Of a stretch of DNA of 64,000 nucleotides, positions 36,040 through 48,228 are shown piece by piece. The stretch is from Selaginella moellendorffii. Its lineage: Eukaryota; Plantae; Lycopodiophyta. Below the pieces are notes generated by a model that saw only the letters and a program-made list of their open reading frames with translations, searched no databases and was not told where the DNA came from. Each line of letters opens with the position of its first letter. The stretch's first letter is position 1. The DNA is taken from contig NW_003314324.1 of assembly GCF_000143415.4 (NCBI RefSeq), positions 1,087,165 through 1,151,164 of the forward strand, written 5' to 3'. Made by a program: the position numbers and the translations under genes.

Positions 36040-37361
36040 CTATTCCTGACTGATTGGTGCGTGATTCCTGGAGACCTGAGCAAACCAACAACTGCTACCT
36101 TCCACACGCCCTCCTTGATCTACTTCATGTATTCCAAGTTTTCTCCTGAGGTGGAAAAACTGTGCCTCATCCAATGCCTTCGTAAAGATGTCTGCTATTT
36201 GCTGCCTTGTTGGAATATACTCCAGGGTCTGTTTTTTCTTGACTTGGCCACAAACAAAATGATTTTGAATCTCTATATGCTTTGTCCACCCATGAATCAC
36301 GATGGCAATGCAGCTTCTGCTATCTGTAAAAAGTGGAGTGGCATCCTTTTGCTCATGTCCAAGTTCCTGTAGCATAAGCCTTAGCCATACTATCTCCTAT
36401 GTTGCTGCTGAAGCTGCTACATACTCTGCTTCTGCACTGGAAAGAGCCACCACACTTTGTTTTTTACTCAGCTAGTTCACTGCTTCCCCAGAAAGTAAAC
36501 ATCATACTCCAGATGTTGATTGCCTAGTATCCACATCGCCTGCCTAATCTGCATCCAAGTATGCAACGAGTTTGAGTGTAGAGCTAAACCAAACTGCTTA
36601 GTCCCTTTGAGATATCTCAATACTCATTTGGCTGCCTTCATGTGTTTCTCTGCCGGACAAGAGGTGTAGCGATTGAGTACTCCAACTGCAAAAGCAATGT
36701 CAAGCCATGTGCAAGTGGAGATGTATAAAAGGCTGCCAACAAGTTTCTAGTATGGTCTAATATCTTGAAGTACCTCAAGCACAAAAGATTGAGAGTTTTG
36801 TACTAAAGACTATTGGTGTTGGAGCCGACTTGCACTCTGTTATGCTGTGTTCATGAAGTATCTTATCAACTTGTGCACACTGTGTGATTGCAATGCAGAA
36901 ATGATTTGGGCTTTGATGAACTTCCTTACCAAGGATTTTTTGGACCTTCCCAAGATCTGTCATCCTATACCACTACATCAAAATTTGCTTAACCTTTTTA
37001 AGGTACTCTTCTCCATTGCTAACAGGTAAACAATCATTGACATACACTGCTATGACCAAAAAATCTATTCCTTCTTGCTTCTAATAAAGGTTTCCATATG
37101 AGTTGAGCTTTTGGAAACCTTCTCCTGCAAGAAATTATCCAAGCACTTATACCACTCCTTTGATGCCTATTTTAGCCCATAGATGGATTTTCTTAGCTCC
37201 CAAACAAAGTCAAGACTTGTTTCAAAACCTTCTAGTTTATGCATGAAGATCTCCTTGTTCAAAGTGGCATTTAGAAAAGCTATCTTGATGTTTATATGAT
37301 GAACATGTAAACCAAACTTAGCAGCAAAAGCTTTTAGTGTCCTCAAACTTGTCACCTTCAC
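36040..37361 (-). mobile_element. Ty1/copia retrotransposon remnant (RT + RNase H)
   Basis: RT motifs IKIAFLNATL, LRKSIYGLK, MTDLG. RNase H motifs TDSRSCIAI, TKHIEIQNHFV, IADIFTKAL. Stops and frameshifts throughout. Confidence 0.92.
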
Positions 37362-37955
37362 TGTAGTGCATGTGGTTTTCATTTTTTATCTTATGATGAT
37401 TTATTATAGGATAACTATGAAGTGGAACTTAAACTTTTCATATATCACATATCACATGCCACATGCCACATATTATATATTGAAGGATAACAAAGTAGAA
37501 CCAAAATTTCAAAGCCTTAAGCCATTAAATGAAGGAACAAAACCAAAATCCCAAGCATAAAGCTTAGAAGCAAAAGTACTGAAGTATGCATTGACTCTTG
37601 AATGTAAAGCTTAAGGAGTGAAGGGACAAGAGTATGGAGTGATTTAGAACAATCCTAGAGCATCTAACATCCTAATATTAAGATTAGCATGCAATATGGA
37701 GCTAAATAGAGTTTGGCATTATTTCAACATACCGATGGCTTAACACAAGGATATGGTACTCCACTAGCTAGCATAGTGTGGAACTTCAACTTAGACTTAA
37801 GCCAAATATAGAACAAGGACAAATATGAAATAATAGCTAGACTATATCTCAGATTGGTTAGCTATACCCAACCTACCCACCATCCCTACTATACATTTAG
37901 AACCCTCCATAGCCCCCCTCCCCCCTTGAGGAATGCACACTTTGGGCTTGTACTT
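37362..37955 (-). mobile_element. Partial LTR of the about 1.1-kb LTR family, inserted into the copia RT
   Basis: Begins tgtagtgcatgtggttttc, the same terminus as the copies at 41707, 54036 and 57084. Confidence 0.8.
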
Positions 37956-38288
37956 TTAGCTAAGCCCATAGGCCTGACTACTAATCCCACTATCCTTTAG
38001 GACTTCCTCACCATATGACTGTATCCTTAGTCACTACACCAGAGGATTGCTCCTTTTCTATTCCACAATCTAGGATTTTAAGACAACATTTCAGAACACT
38101 ATAGCCCTACATGAGCACCCCACCTTCCACCTTTAGGTGCTCTAGCCATGGGCTAGAGCGAGGTTTCGTTGAGCCACACCAGGTATCTAAGTAGGTAATG
38201 CCACCCATGTTTGGACTAGGAACATCGACCATTTGATCTCCCAAAGGAACTAGAGCTAGCTCTTGAACACTTCACCAAGCTACCCCAC

Positions 38289-39210
38289 TGTCGCGCATGT
38301 GACTTCGGGTATCGAAAGATACTTGTCGGCTAGTACTTACGGACTCTCTCTCCTTACTGCCACGACGGCAGGAGGTCAGTACTGCTGGTTCCCTTTATGG
38401 TCTCCGCCCAAGCTAGTTGAGAAACTGGTCAGCACATGTGCACTTAGATCGGAAGGGCACTAAGGAAGGAAATCCTAAGTTGTCATTAAGTCAAGCATAC
38501 TTGACACGGTGATGAGAAACTCATGATGTTGACTTGCACTTGCTAGTGTTGGGAACCCCCGCGATATTGAGACTAGTCCCTCAATATTCGCTAGATGATA
38601 GCTTACCGTGTTTGCCAAACACCCTCGCTATCACGCCCTTTGTGTTAGTCTCGTTTCGGTCCCAAATGCTATTTATGGAAAGTGTCTAGATTCGCTCATT
38701 TGGCATATCTACGGAATGTTGAGGTCGGCCTGAACACAATGGTGTTCGTCCCATGTCCAAATTCGCAATCTAAGGCCATTCCATATTTAGTAAGTTTTGA
38801 GCTTGTCCCAGAGACTAACTCCTGGTACTAAGGGTGGCTTGGGGTGAAAGCCCAAAGCGTGTGTCCCTCAAGGGGGGGGGGCTGTGGGGGGTTCCAAATG
38901 TATAGTAGGGATAGTGGTTGGAATGCATGTCCGACCACCTGAGACATTAGTTTGGCTCCCGCTGGGCTGTGTCGCTCCTTGTTCTGCGTCCGGCTTGGGT
39001 CTAAGCCCAAGCTCCACGCTGCTCTAGTCGGTGGAGTACCCTCCTTCTCGCGTTAGGCCACCGGTATGCCAAAATTGTGCCAGACTCCGTCTGACACCAT
39101 TTTGCGTGCAGGTGCTGGATACGGGGAGCTGGTGCTCGTGGGATTGTACCGGACCCTCGTTTCGTAGCGCAACGGGCTTGGAGTTCGGCTCCAAATTCAG
39201 GTGCGCTACA
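38289..39210 (+). mobile_element. Solo LTR, TG...CA, 5-bp TSD CCCAC
   Basis: cccac|tgtcgcgcatgtgac...gtgcgctaca|cccac; homologous (reverse complement) to 41707-42961. Confidence 0.88.
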
Positions 39211-39689
39211 CCCACTGGTAAGTCTGTATTCACTCTAGCCTTGGACTCCTTAATGGATATATCATCACCCAACACGTGGGCATAACCTTCCCTGGGTCAC
39301 ACTGGCCTTTCTTGGCCAAACTAGTTCCACTAAGATCTAACCCCCACACTCTCCCTACTATACTTTTGGAACCCTCTATAGCCCCCCTACCACCCGGGGG
39401 ACAATTACTTTGGGAAGGCCCAAGGCCCTAGGAAGGGCAAGGACCAATGAGCTGTAAGGTACTTGAATTTCCTTGGGTGGCCCCTCCAACACCATTCGAG
39501 TCCATGCTCACTCCCACCCAAGGCCCCTCAACCCTAGTCTTAACCTCAAGTCAATTTGGAAGCACTACTGAAGAGTTCCTTCAAGATTAGTTCCTAAACC
39601 TCACTATCCCTACTATATTTTTGGAACCCCCTATAGCCCCCCCCGGGAGACATACACTTTGGGCTTTCACTCCACAACTTGTATTAGTA

Positions 39690-39915
39690 TTCAGACTCAA
39701 TCTTAGACTTGATCTCGGACCCGACCTTGAACTTAGTCTTAGACTTGGTCTCGAACCTAATTTCAGATATCAGATTCAGTCTCAATCTCGGTCTTAGACT
39801 CGGTCTTGGACTTGGTCTTGAACTCGGTCTTAGAGTCAATCTCAAACTCAATTTCGGACTCGGTCTCGAACTTGGTCTCAAAGTCAGTCTTGGACTTGAT
39901 CTTGAACTTAGTCTC
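39690..39915. repeat. Degenerate hexamer-based array (actcggtctcga/acttagtcttag type); related array at about 44570-44675
   Basis: Period-6 repeat in both places, followed by the same tail (attttggt[tc]atgctttcggggat), so both belong to one dispersed repeat family. Confidence 0.75.
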
Positions 39916-39989
39916 ACCAATAACCTCCTTATCATTTTGGTTATGCTTTCGGGGATGCTTTAGCATTGGGGAGTTGGTTCCTTATAGTT

Positions 39990-41500
39990 CCTTATTTGGT
40001 TTAAAAGAGCGTGATAGTTTAAATAACTCTAACTACCTGTTTATAATAATCTATCTAAACCTTACCGACGGGTTTGGTTTCTTTGCTCATGAGGGTTGGG
40101 ACCTCTAACTTCTCACTATGTCCCTGTAGGGGTATATCACACTTTTGTAAGCTAGTGTAAGCAACCAAAGGGAACAATTCGAGAGATAATCTATGAGGTT
40201 CAAATATAAAGGGAAAGGGCCCATGAATAAGAGTGCACCCCCTTTTCCAATCGGTTAAGGGTCTTGGGATATTTGGGGTTAAGCGTCCTTGCTGGGCTGG
40301 GTGACCTCCCAGGAACTCAAAGTTCATGAGTTTACATTTGGTATCAAAAGGGTCTCGAGTCCGACTCTATTGGTTGGCTAAAAGAATCACACCACATATT
40401 GATTGACATTTGGTTGGTTCAATTTGCTCCCGCTAAGCTTGACCCAAGGGGTAGGGTGTCAAGAGAGTAGGGCTCTTGAGAGAGTTGTGGCTCTTAGCTT
40501 CTATTCACGAGGGCATGAACTTGTAGGGAAGTGTGGTGGATTGTAAACAACTAAAGGGAACCACTTGAGAGACGATCTATGGAGTTCAAATATAGAGGAA
40601 AAGGGCCCATGAATAAAAGTGCACCCTCTTTTCCAATTAGTTCAGGGTCTTGGGATATTTGAGGTTAAGTGTCCTTGGGTTTAAATCGTATTGGGCTAGG
40701 TGACCTCTTGGGAACTCCAAATTCATGAGTTTACAGCTAGATGCCACATAGAGCAGCAAGGGTGGTTAACTTCGTTAGTTATTTCCTTGTCAGTGATAGT
40801 TAGAAGGTGTCTAAATTATAGTGCATTTACGTTAAACAGAGAGGTTACTTTAACTCATTTAAGTTAGCACATTTTTCACAAAATGTGAACATCATGAATT
40901 TTTTTTGGAGTTGTTTCCTTGGCAGGGTTATAAACTAAAGTATGCATTGACAAAGACGTCAATCTTCCCTAAGGGGGGGGAGAGTGTCATAAATATGACT
41001 GTGGGTATCAAAAGTTATTTGTCAGTTAGTCCTTTTAAATATTCTTTCTTTACTACCATAAGAGCAAGAGGTCGATATTGCTAGATCTTTTATTAGTCTC
41101 CAATATTGCAAGGGTTCCCAACATTAGCAAGTGCAAGCCAACATATAAAGTTTTCATACTGGGCTAAGTATACTCAGCAAGAAAAACATAAAAGTTTCTA
41201 CTTTATATTTATTCATCATAAGTACATATATGATGATCAATTTCTTAACTAGCTTGGGTGAGCTTGGTCCCTCAATATTTGCCAAATAATAGCTTACTAT
41301 ATTTGCTAAACACCCTTGCTATCATATATCTTATATTAATTCCATTCAATACCAATTGCTATTTATAGAAAGTGTCTAGATTTACTAATTTATCATATTT
41401 ATGGAATGCAGAAATTATCCTAAACAAAATGATGTTGGTCCCATATCTAAATTTAGTGCCATTCTATATTTAGTAAGTTTTAAGTTAGTCCCAAAGATTA
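39990..41500 (+). mobile_element. 3' internal end + PPT + partial 3' LTR of the 1.1-kb LTR family; host of the TRIM
   Basis: PPT ctaaggggggggagag followed by the tgtcataaatatgac LTR start at about 40985. The sequence mirrors (reverse complement) 50655-51110. Confidence 0.8.
40156..40735 (+). mobile_element. Complete TRIM with 5S rRNA-derived LTR segment (Cassandra-type)
   Basis: TSD GCTAG on both sides (40151-40155, 40736-40740). LTR1 40156-40336 and LTR2 40542-40735, both TG...CA. PBS tggtatcaaaag at 40339. Purine-rich PPT agggaagtgtggtggat. About 205-bp non-coding internal region. Each LTR holds a 5S A-box/IE/C-box-like segment. Confidence 0.9.
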
Positions 41501-41706
41501 ATTACTAAAGTTTGACCTAGTGGCAGTGTTGGCGAATACGACCATGAACAGAAAGGGGCTTAGTGGGGACTAAAAAAGGGATATTGGGGAAGGTTATTCC
41601 CCATGTTTATAAGCATCCTAAGGATGCTAAGGAGTGGATCTAGGATTATCACTCATGGATAGATGGCCCAGTCTTTGAGAGACGGGACTGTGATGTAGGT
41701 GGTGTT

Positions 41707-42961
41707 TGTAGTGCATGTGGTTTTTACCCTTTATCCTATGGTGATTTACCATAGGATAACACCACAAAGCAGAACCTAAACCCTCTTTGTGCCACATGAT
41801 AGATGCCACGTGTCACATGCCATGTGTCCAAAGGACAGTGGTGTGGAACCCGAGGTTCAGGGCCTTGGGCCACTGAACGAAGGAACGGTGCCAACCTCCC
41901 AAGCATGGAGCCAAGGAGTGATGGAACTGAACCATGGAGCAACTCCCGAGCATATAGCCCAAGGAGCGAAGGGACAGGAGCCCGAAGTGACTTGGAACAG
42001 TCCTGGAGCAATCAGCATCCTAATGCTAGGACCAGCACGCAAAACGAAGCCAAATGGAGTCTGGCGCTATTTCGGCATACTGGTGGCCTAACATGAGGAC
42101 ATGGGTACTCCACCAACTAGCATGGAATGGAATTTGAACTTAGACCCAAGCCGAATGCAAAACAAGGACAGGCACGCAAGCGGGAACTAAACTATGCCTC
42201 AGGTTGGTCGGCCATGCCCGACCTACCCACTATCCCTACTATACATATCCCTACTATNNNNNNNNNNNNNNNNNNNNNNNNNNNNNNNNNNNNNNNNNNN
42301 NNNNNNNNNNNNNNNNNNNNNNNNNNNNNNNNNNNNNNNNNNNNNNNNNNNNNNNNNCCCCCCCCCCCCCCCCCCCCCCCCCCTGGGGAACACATGCTTT
42401 GGGCTTTCACCCCAAGCCTCCTTTAGTATCAGGAGTTAGTCTTTGGGACAAGCTTGAAACTTACTAAATATGGAATGTCCCTAGATTGTGAATTTGGACA
42501 CGGGATGAACACCATTGTGTTCAGGCCGATCTTTACATTCTGTAGATATGTCAAATGAACAAATCTGGACACTTTCCATAAATAGTATTTGGGACTGAAA
42601 TGAGACTAACACAAAGGGCATGATAGCGAGGGTGTTTGGCCAACATGGTAAGCTATCATCCAGCGATATTGAGGGACTAATCTCAATACGCGAGGGTTTT
42701 TGTCATTAGCCAGTGCAAGACAAAATGAGACAGGAACTTCTTACCAGACTAAGTATGCTTAGCTAATAACACGTAGGAATTCCGTCCTTATGCTCGTCTG
42801 GTCTAAGTACACTCAAAATGCTCAGTTAACTCCACTAGCACAAAAGGGACTGATAAAGGGACCAGCAATACTGACCTCCTGCCGTCATGGCAGTAAGGTA
42901 AGAGTGTCCGTAAGGACTGGTTGACAGGTAACTTTTGATACCCGAAGTCACATGCACGACA
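41707..42961 (-). mobile_element. Solo LTR with TSD GTGTT (contains an N gap)
   Basis: gtgtt|tgtagtgcatgtgg...gtcacatgcacgaca|gtgtt. Confidence 0.9.
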
Positions 42962-45189
42962 GTGTTGGACCACCGATGTGACCAAGGTGAATAAGTATGG
43001 CCTTAGCATAACAGGTTGGTATGTTAGTAGTTTTAGATATCAGTCATAGGATTGGACATGTGAAGCATTTGGACCAAGTGCCAAGGTTGAGTGGTATGGA
43101 TGCCATTCTCGAGGCTAGTAAGTTCTAGGTCTAGAGTAGGACTTATGAAGGTTGTGAGTGAGACTCCTCCAAGTGGTTAAAGGTATAATTAAATCACTAA
43201 AGTAGAATGGAAAATTTAGTCACTTACACTTGAGTTCATATCAAACTCCATCTTAAACTCCACTTTAGATTCCTTTTCTAACTCCATTGTGGACCCTTTC
43301 TTGGACTCATTCTTGACACTTCCATATGTCATGACACTTGCCATGTGTTAATTCTTCTTGTGTCACTTTTTGAGAGATTAATTCACTGATTATTTTATGC
43401 TAATTCCTCGAGCACTTTGTTTGGAGTTCCACTTCCACTCTCGACTTTTCAAGTCGGAGCCTTTGGTCCAAACATGTTACGCTTTTTGGACTTTTGCTTC
43501 GATCCTACCATGTGATACCCTTTTTACTCACTTTGGAGTTGAGGGATTTGTGTCTCACAACTCCACCACCTATAAATGAAGTCTGATATTTTCATCGAAC
43601 AAAAAACCATTTTATAAAGTAATACTAACATGTATTACCCTTTTCATCCTTAGTACTAAGCTAATATTCATTGATGGTTTGACACCAAAGGCTCACTATG
43701 CCTTTCCTATTCTCTAAGGAGTATAGTCTCTTCAACTTAAAGACTTATTCGACCACTTATAGTGGTTCTCTTCCTTTATTGGTTTAGTCCTTGCTAAACC
43801 CATTAAAGACACATATCTCAATCCCATTACTCATTTTCGAGTAGTCTTAGCTTCTATCAATATAACTATTGCATTTTAAAACTTTTATTTTGACTTCTCA
43901 AGTCAGTTTCTTAGGTGTTTCCAACATTTTACATTGCACATATGGTGCAAACTCCATTTCCCCATCTTAGGAAGTTCTTTACTTGAAGGCACCATTATCC
44001 TCTCTTCTATTTCATACCATACTATATATCCATAATTTATGCTATGGTTATCCATAATTCTATTATTTGATTAACTTGCTGTCTTGGAGCTTTCATTTTC
44101 GCTAAATTAAGAATCCATCCTTAGAAATATATTTCCTTTCCCATAATTCATTAGCATTAAACACATGAGTGTTCCTCACCTAACTTTGCCATTTAGATTG
44201 TTTCCAATGATTTCCATAACCCATTCTTGGCCACTAGTTTTTTGCTTTTATCTTTTGATTGTTGCACTAAGTAATATATAATTATTATTTCCATCCTTGA
44301 GGTATTATTTCTATTCTATAGCAAAGGCTTTGCTTTGCTATGTCCAGGGGTGTTCACCTTTAGTAAATCTTTTTAGCATTTCTACTGTGGGCTATATCCA
44401 CAGCTCAATTTTGCAACCCTCTCATAGTCTTTCTCAAAGACTACTTTTTGTAAGCCACAAAATTTTTTCTTTCTAATTTGCCAGCTTACTTAGTCTATTT
44501 AACCACTATTGATTTGGTCTTAGTTAAGTTCCTTTACCAAGGTTCCCACCTATTGTACCAGTAATACTAAGACTCAGACTTAGTCTCAGACTCAATCTTA
44601 GACTCTGTCTCGAACCCAATCTCAAACTTTAGACTTAATCTCGAACTTAGTCGTAGAGTCAGTCTCGGACTTAGTGTTATTTGATGAACTTTTTATTATT
44701 TTGGTCATGCTTTCGGGGATCCTTCAACCTACAACACCTCAAGGAGTTAGTTCCTTACAACTCCACCACCCATAAAAAAAATTCGATGCTCACATCAAAT
44801 ATCACTTTTTAATCCTATGACTTGTTAACCATGTCTCTAAGGCCATCCCCCCATTTAGTGATGTGCCTAAGTTAACCTCCCAGCCAAGAGCCCATGACAA
44901 CAGAGTATAAGTGTCCTTATATCCCTCAACTCACCACGCCTTAATATGGGGTTGGGACTTGAACCCAATCTTGCTTTACTAGGGGGTTGGGACTTGAACT
45001 CAATTTCTATAGAATACATCTACAAATTTGACATCCCTGGGGGGGAGTCAAGCATAGTTCTTTATGCTTAGTCGACTTAACTAAACCATGCTAATTAGCT
45101 TACTTTCAGTGTGCCTTCAAGTCTCAACATATAACATTGCTCAATTTCTCAAATAGATTCTTTAATTGAATTTTGCATAAGTATATAGA

Positions 45190-46230
45190 CTTCGTTACCC
45201 CAATTGACATTCATGATAGACGAAGGTATCCACTATAGGACTACAGTACAGATGGATGACTAATTGCCTCATGTGTGATAGCTGATTTATATAATAAAAG
45301 GATTAGTAAATTTAGTGTGGAAATATAATTCCCCTTGGCTCAATAAAGGTTTTTAATCAATAGTTAATAACATCTCTCAAATATATATTTAATGCTTATT
45401 TTATCCCCATTTATCCTCTAAAGTTTTAAGGATCCATAGTAATAGTATATCTAAATCTCATCTTATGATCACATACGTTATATCAAACCACCTCAAATGT
45501 TCGAGAGAGCCAAGGAAATATTGTGAAATTTGGATATACTATCACTATGGCTCAATAGGGGTTGTTAATCAATAATCAAAGATGTTAATGTATTTATTGG
45601 CTAATGAAGACATTAACAACTATTAACTAACCCCTATTGAGTCAAGGAGGTGTTGCATGGGATGAGATTTAAATATATTGTCCATTGTGGCTTAATAGGG
45701 GTTGTTAATCAATAGTCAGAGATGTCAATGTCCTCATTAACCAATGAAGACATTGACATCTTTGACTATTAATTAACAACTTTATTAAGCTAAGGAAGTA
45801 TTGAATGAGATGAGATTTAACTATATAGGATAGATANNNNNNNNNNNNNNNNNNNNNNNNNNNNNNNNNNNNNNNNNNNNNNNNNNNNNNNNNNNNNNNN
45901 NNNNNNNNNNNNNNNNNNNNNNNNNNNNNNNNNNNNTTCCATTATGTAGAATATCTATCCCATGTGAATTTACCAATCCTTCTATTATATGGACTAACTA
46001 TCCTATGTAAATCTACCAATCCTTCCATTATATAGACCAGCTATCCCATATAAAACAATTAATCATCCACTTGTACCACAATTTCACAATAGATACATTT
46101 ATAAAGGGAGTGAGTGTAGCACATGTGATCATAGAATAAGATTTGGATATACTTTCACTATAAATCCTTGGAACTTTGGGGGATAAATAAGCATAAAAAA
46201 GCTATTAAAGGCTTTCTTATCAACCAATTA
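45190..46230. repeat. Dispersed repeat family with internal sub-repeats; related pieces at about 60815-60950 and 62040-62275
   Basis: gttaccccaattg...gacgaaggtatcc...tgcctcatgtgtgatag shared with 60818. tttatccccatttatcc...ggatcca shared with 62053. Internal duplication of about 120 bp at 45545-45820. Confidence 0.65.
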
Positions 46231-48228
46231 TTCCTTTTTTAGTTGGTTTAAGGGGAGAGATATAAGATGCATTACACTGTATCTTCCATGATCTATAAGC
46301 TATACCCTATAGTATTTTACCATAAAATGCCACAAAGTAAAATCTAAACCTTATATTTGGTATTCCATTTTTTTTTAAAATTTTATTATGCCTCTTCTAA
46401 TCCCACACATATTCCTCTACCACCTCCTATAAAGGTTATTATCAACAAGTAGGAGTTTGAAGTTGTTACCATCCTTAACTTGAAATACCAATATTGCAAA
46501 CTTTATTATTTTGTTGTCACCTAGTACTTAGTATCAGAAAGAGGGATGATAATATATATTTGCTATTTTTTTTATTAAAGAGTATATTCACTATTACTAG
46601 CTAAACCTTTGCTCATGGGATTTGAATTTAAAACCTACTATGCACATCATTAAAATAGACCCATACCTAAATTAGGTTTCTAGATTAATTAAGGGTTAGA
46701 CCAAATTAATTTCTAGAGCCTGTATAGAAATATGGTTTTAAGGACTTTATACTCAATAACAAATTTTCCATTGTTTTATTATTTTATTGAGAGTTGTTCC
46801 CTCTTTGATTTTGTCCCAAATTAGGTTTTTGGGTTAGCCTCTATAAAAGTAGGTTTTTAAAAACTTTATAGTTAGAGTGTTCAACACAATTCTTATACGA
46901 TTGTTCCTTTTTTCCTTACTTGAGACTCACAGTCACTTGCCATCAAACAATTGTAAATAAATATAAATTTAAATAAATAAACTTCATGTTCCAACTCACG
47001 AAGAATACTTTGTTCCAAGCAAAAATGTTAAAGAGGCCATCTTGTTAATGTCTTGATAGAGAAAAATTTAATATTTATTTTGCGTCGATCCATCCATTAC
47101 AATTGCAATTTTGGATCCATCTAGTATGGACATACATTTAGCATGCATACCCGAAAAGCACAAGTGGGATTTTGCTGAGATAAAAACCCTAAACTCTAAG
47201 GAATGACAAAGATACACTATCTCAATCAGCCAAAAAACATTTAGAGTTAATCGACCATTACCAATGTACCATTTGCTTAACTTGAAATAAAAAGCCCTAG
47301 AACAAGGAATGAGTGTGGCATAAAACATGTATCAATTAAAATGAATACTCTACAGATTTAGATGGGTTATATGGGCTTAGGTGGGAACCTGGGTTTATAT
47401 TAACATTGAAATATGATACATATACCAAAAAAAAATAACACAACATAATTACCCCTCCATAATCACTCCTTTATAAAATAGAATAATGAGGAACAAAATA
47501 AATTCCAGAAACGATTTAAAAAGAAGTTGCAGCATTTGATTATATTTTTACCCTTATTCTTTTGCATGCTGGATAGATTGTACTGTGACATCCTACCAAA
47601 ATCATGATGCAAGAGGGATGTAACCTGTATTTTATATTGCTGTTATCTGTTTTCATTTTGGCTTTTAAGCTTGGTCCCTATGGATGATCTCTCTCGTTTG
47701 GACCTCCTCAAGCTCTTCATAAGATAAGTTTTAGGTCCTTGTTCGAAGAAAGCAATAACTTGAACTGGGTATTGAATGTGAGCTCACATGAGTAAATTGG
47801 TGGCAGAAGACATAGAGGAGTTCAGCAAACGGCTCACGAGATCATTAAAACAACTTACTATAATTTGTTAGTCTCATTCTTCTTGGTGGGCGCCACAAGA
47901 CCTTATAAACAGCTAATGAATGAATGAATGAATCTAAGGCCTACCAATAAGGATGAAGAACTGGACAAGTAACACATAGTTTAAAAGTTGTCCATATCTA
48001 GTTAACAAGTAGCTGAAGAAGCAGCTGTCTTACTTTACAGCATTCTGATTCTGTTTCCAATTTCTTTTTAAGCTTGGTCATATCTATCGTTTGCACGCAC
48101 GTTCGTCATGCTAGAGGAGGACCACTTTGTTTAAAAGCCCCGAGCTTGTGCCCAACACAAGCACACCTTGTACTCAAGTAGTGTGTTCTTAGCAGCTCAT
48201 ACTTCACTTCTTTGCATCAATTGCAGTG

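Noticed and set aside
39684-39966. Ser/Arg/Pro- or Lys/Glu-rich repetitive ORFs
   Set aside because: By-products of a hexamer repeat array within retroelement-derived DNA.
40270-40720. 5S rRNA gene
   Set aside because: Only the internal control region is present, it is diverged, it sits inside LTRs, and there is no 5S 5' end or T-run terminator. It is part of the TRIM.
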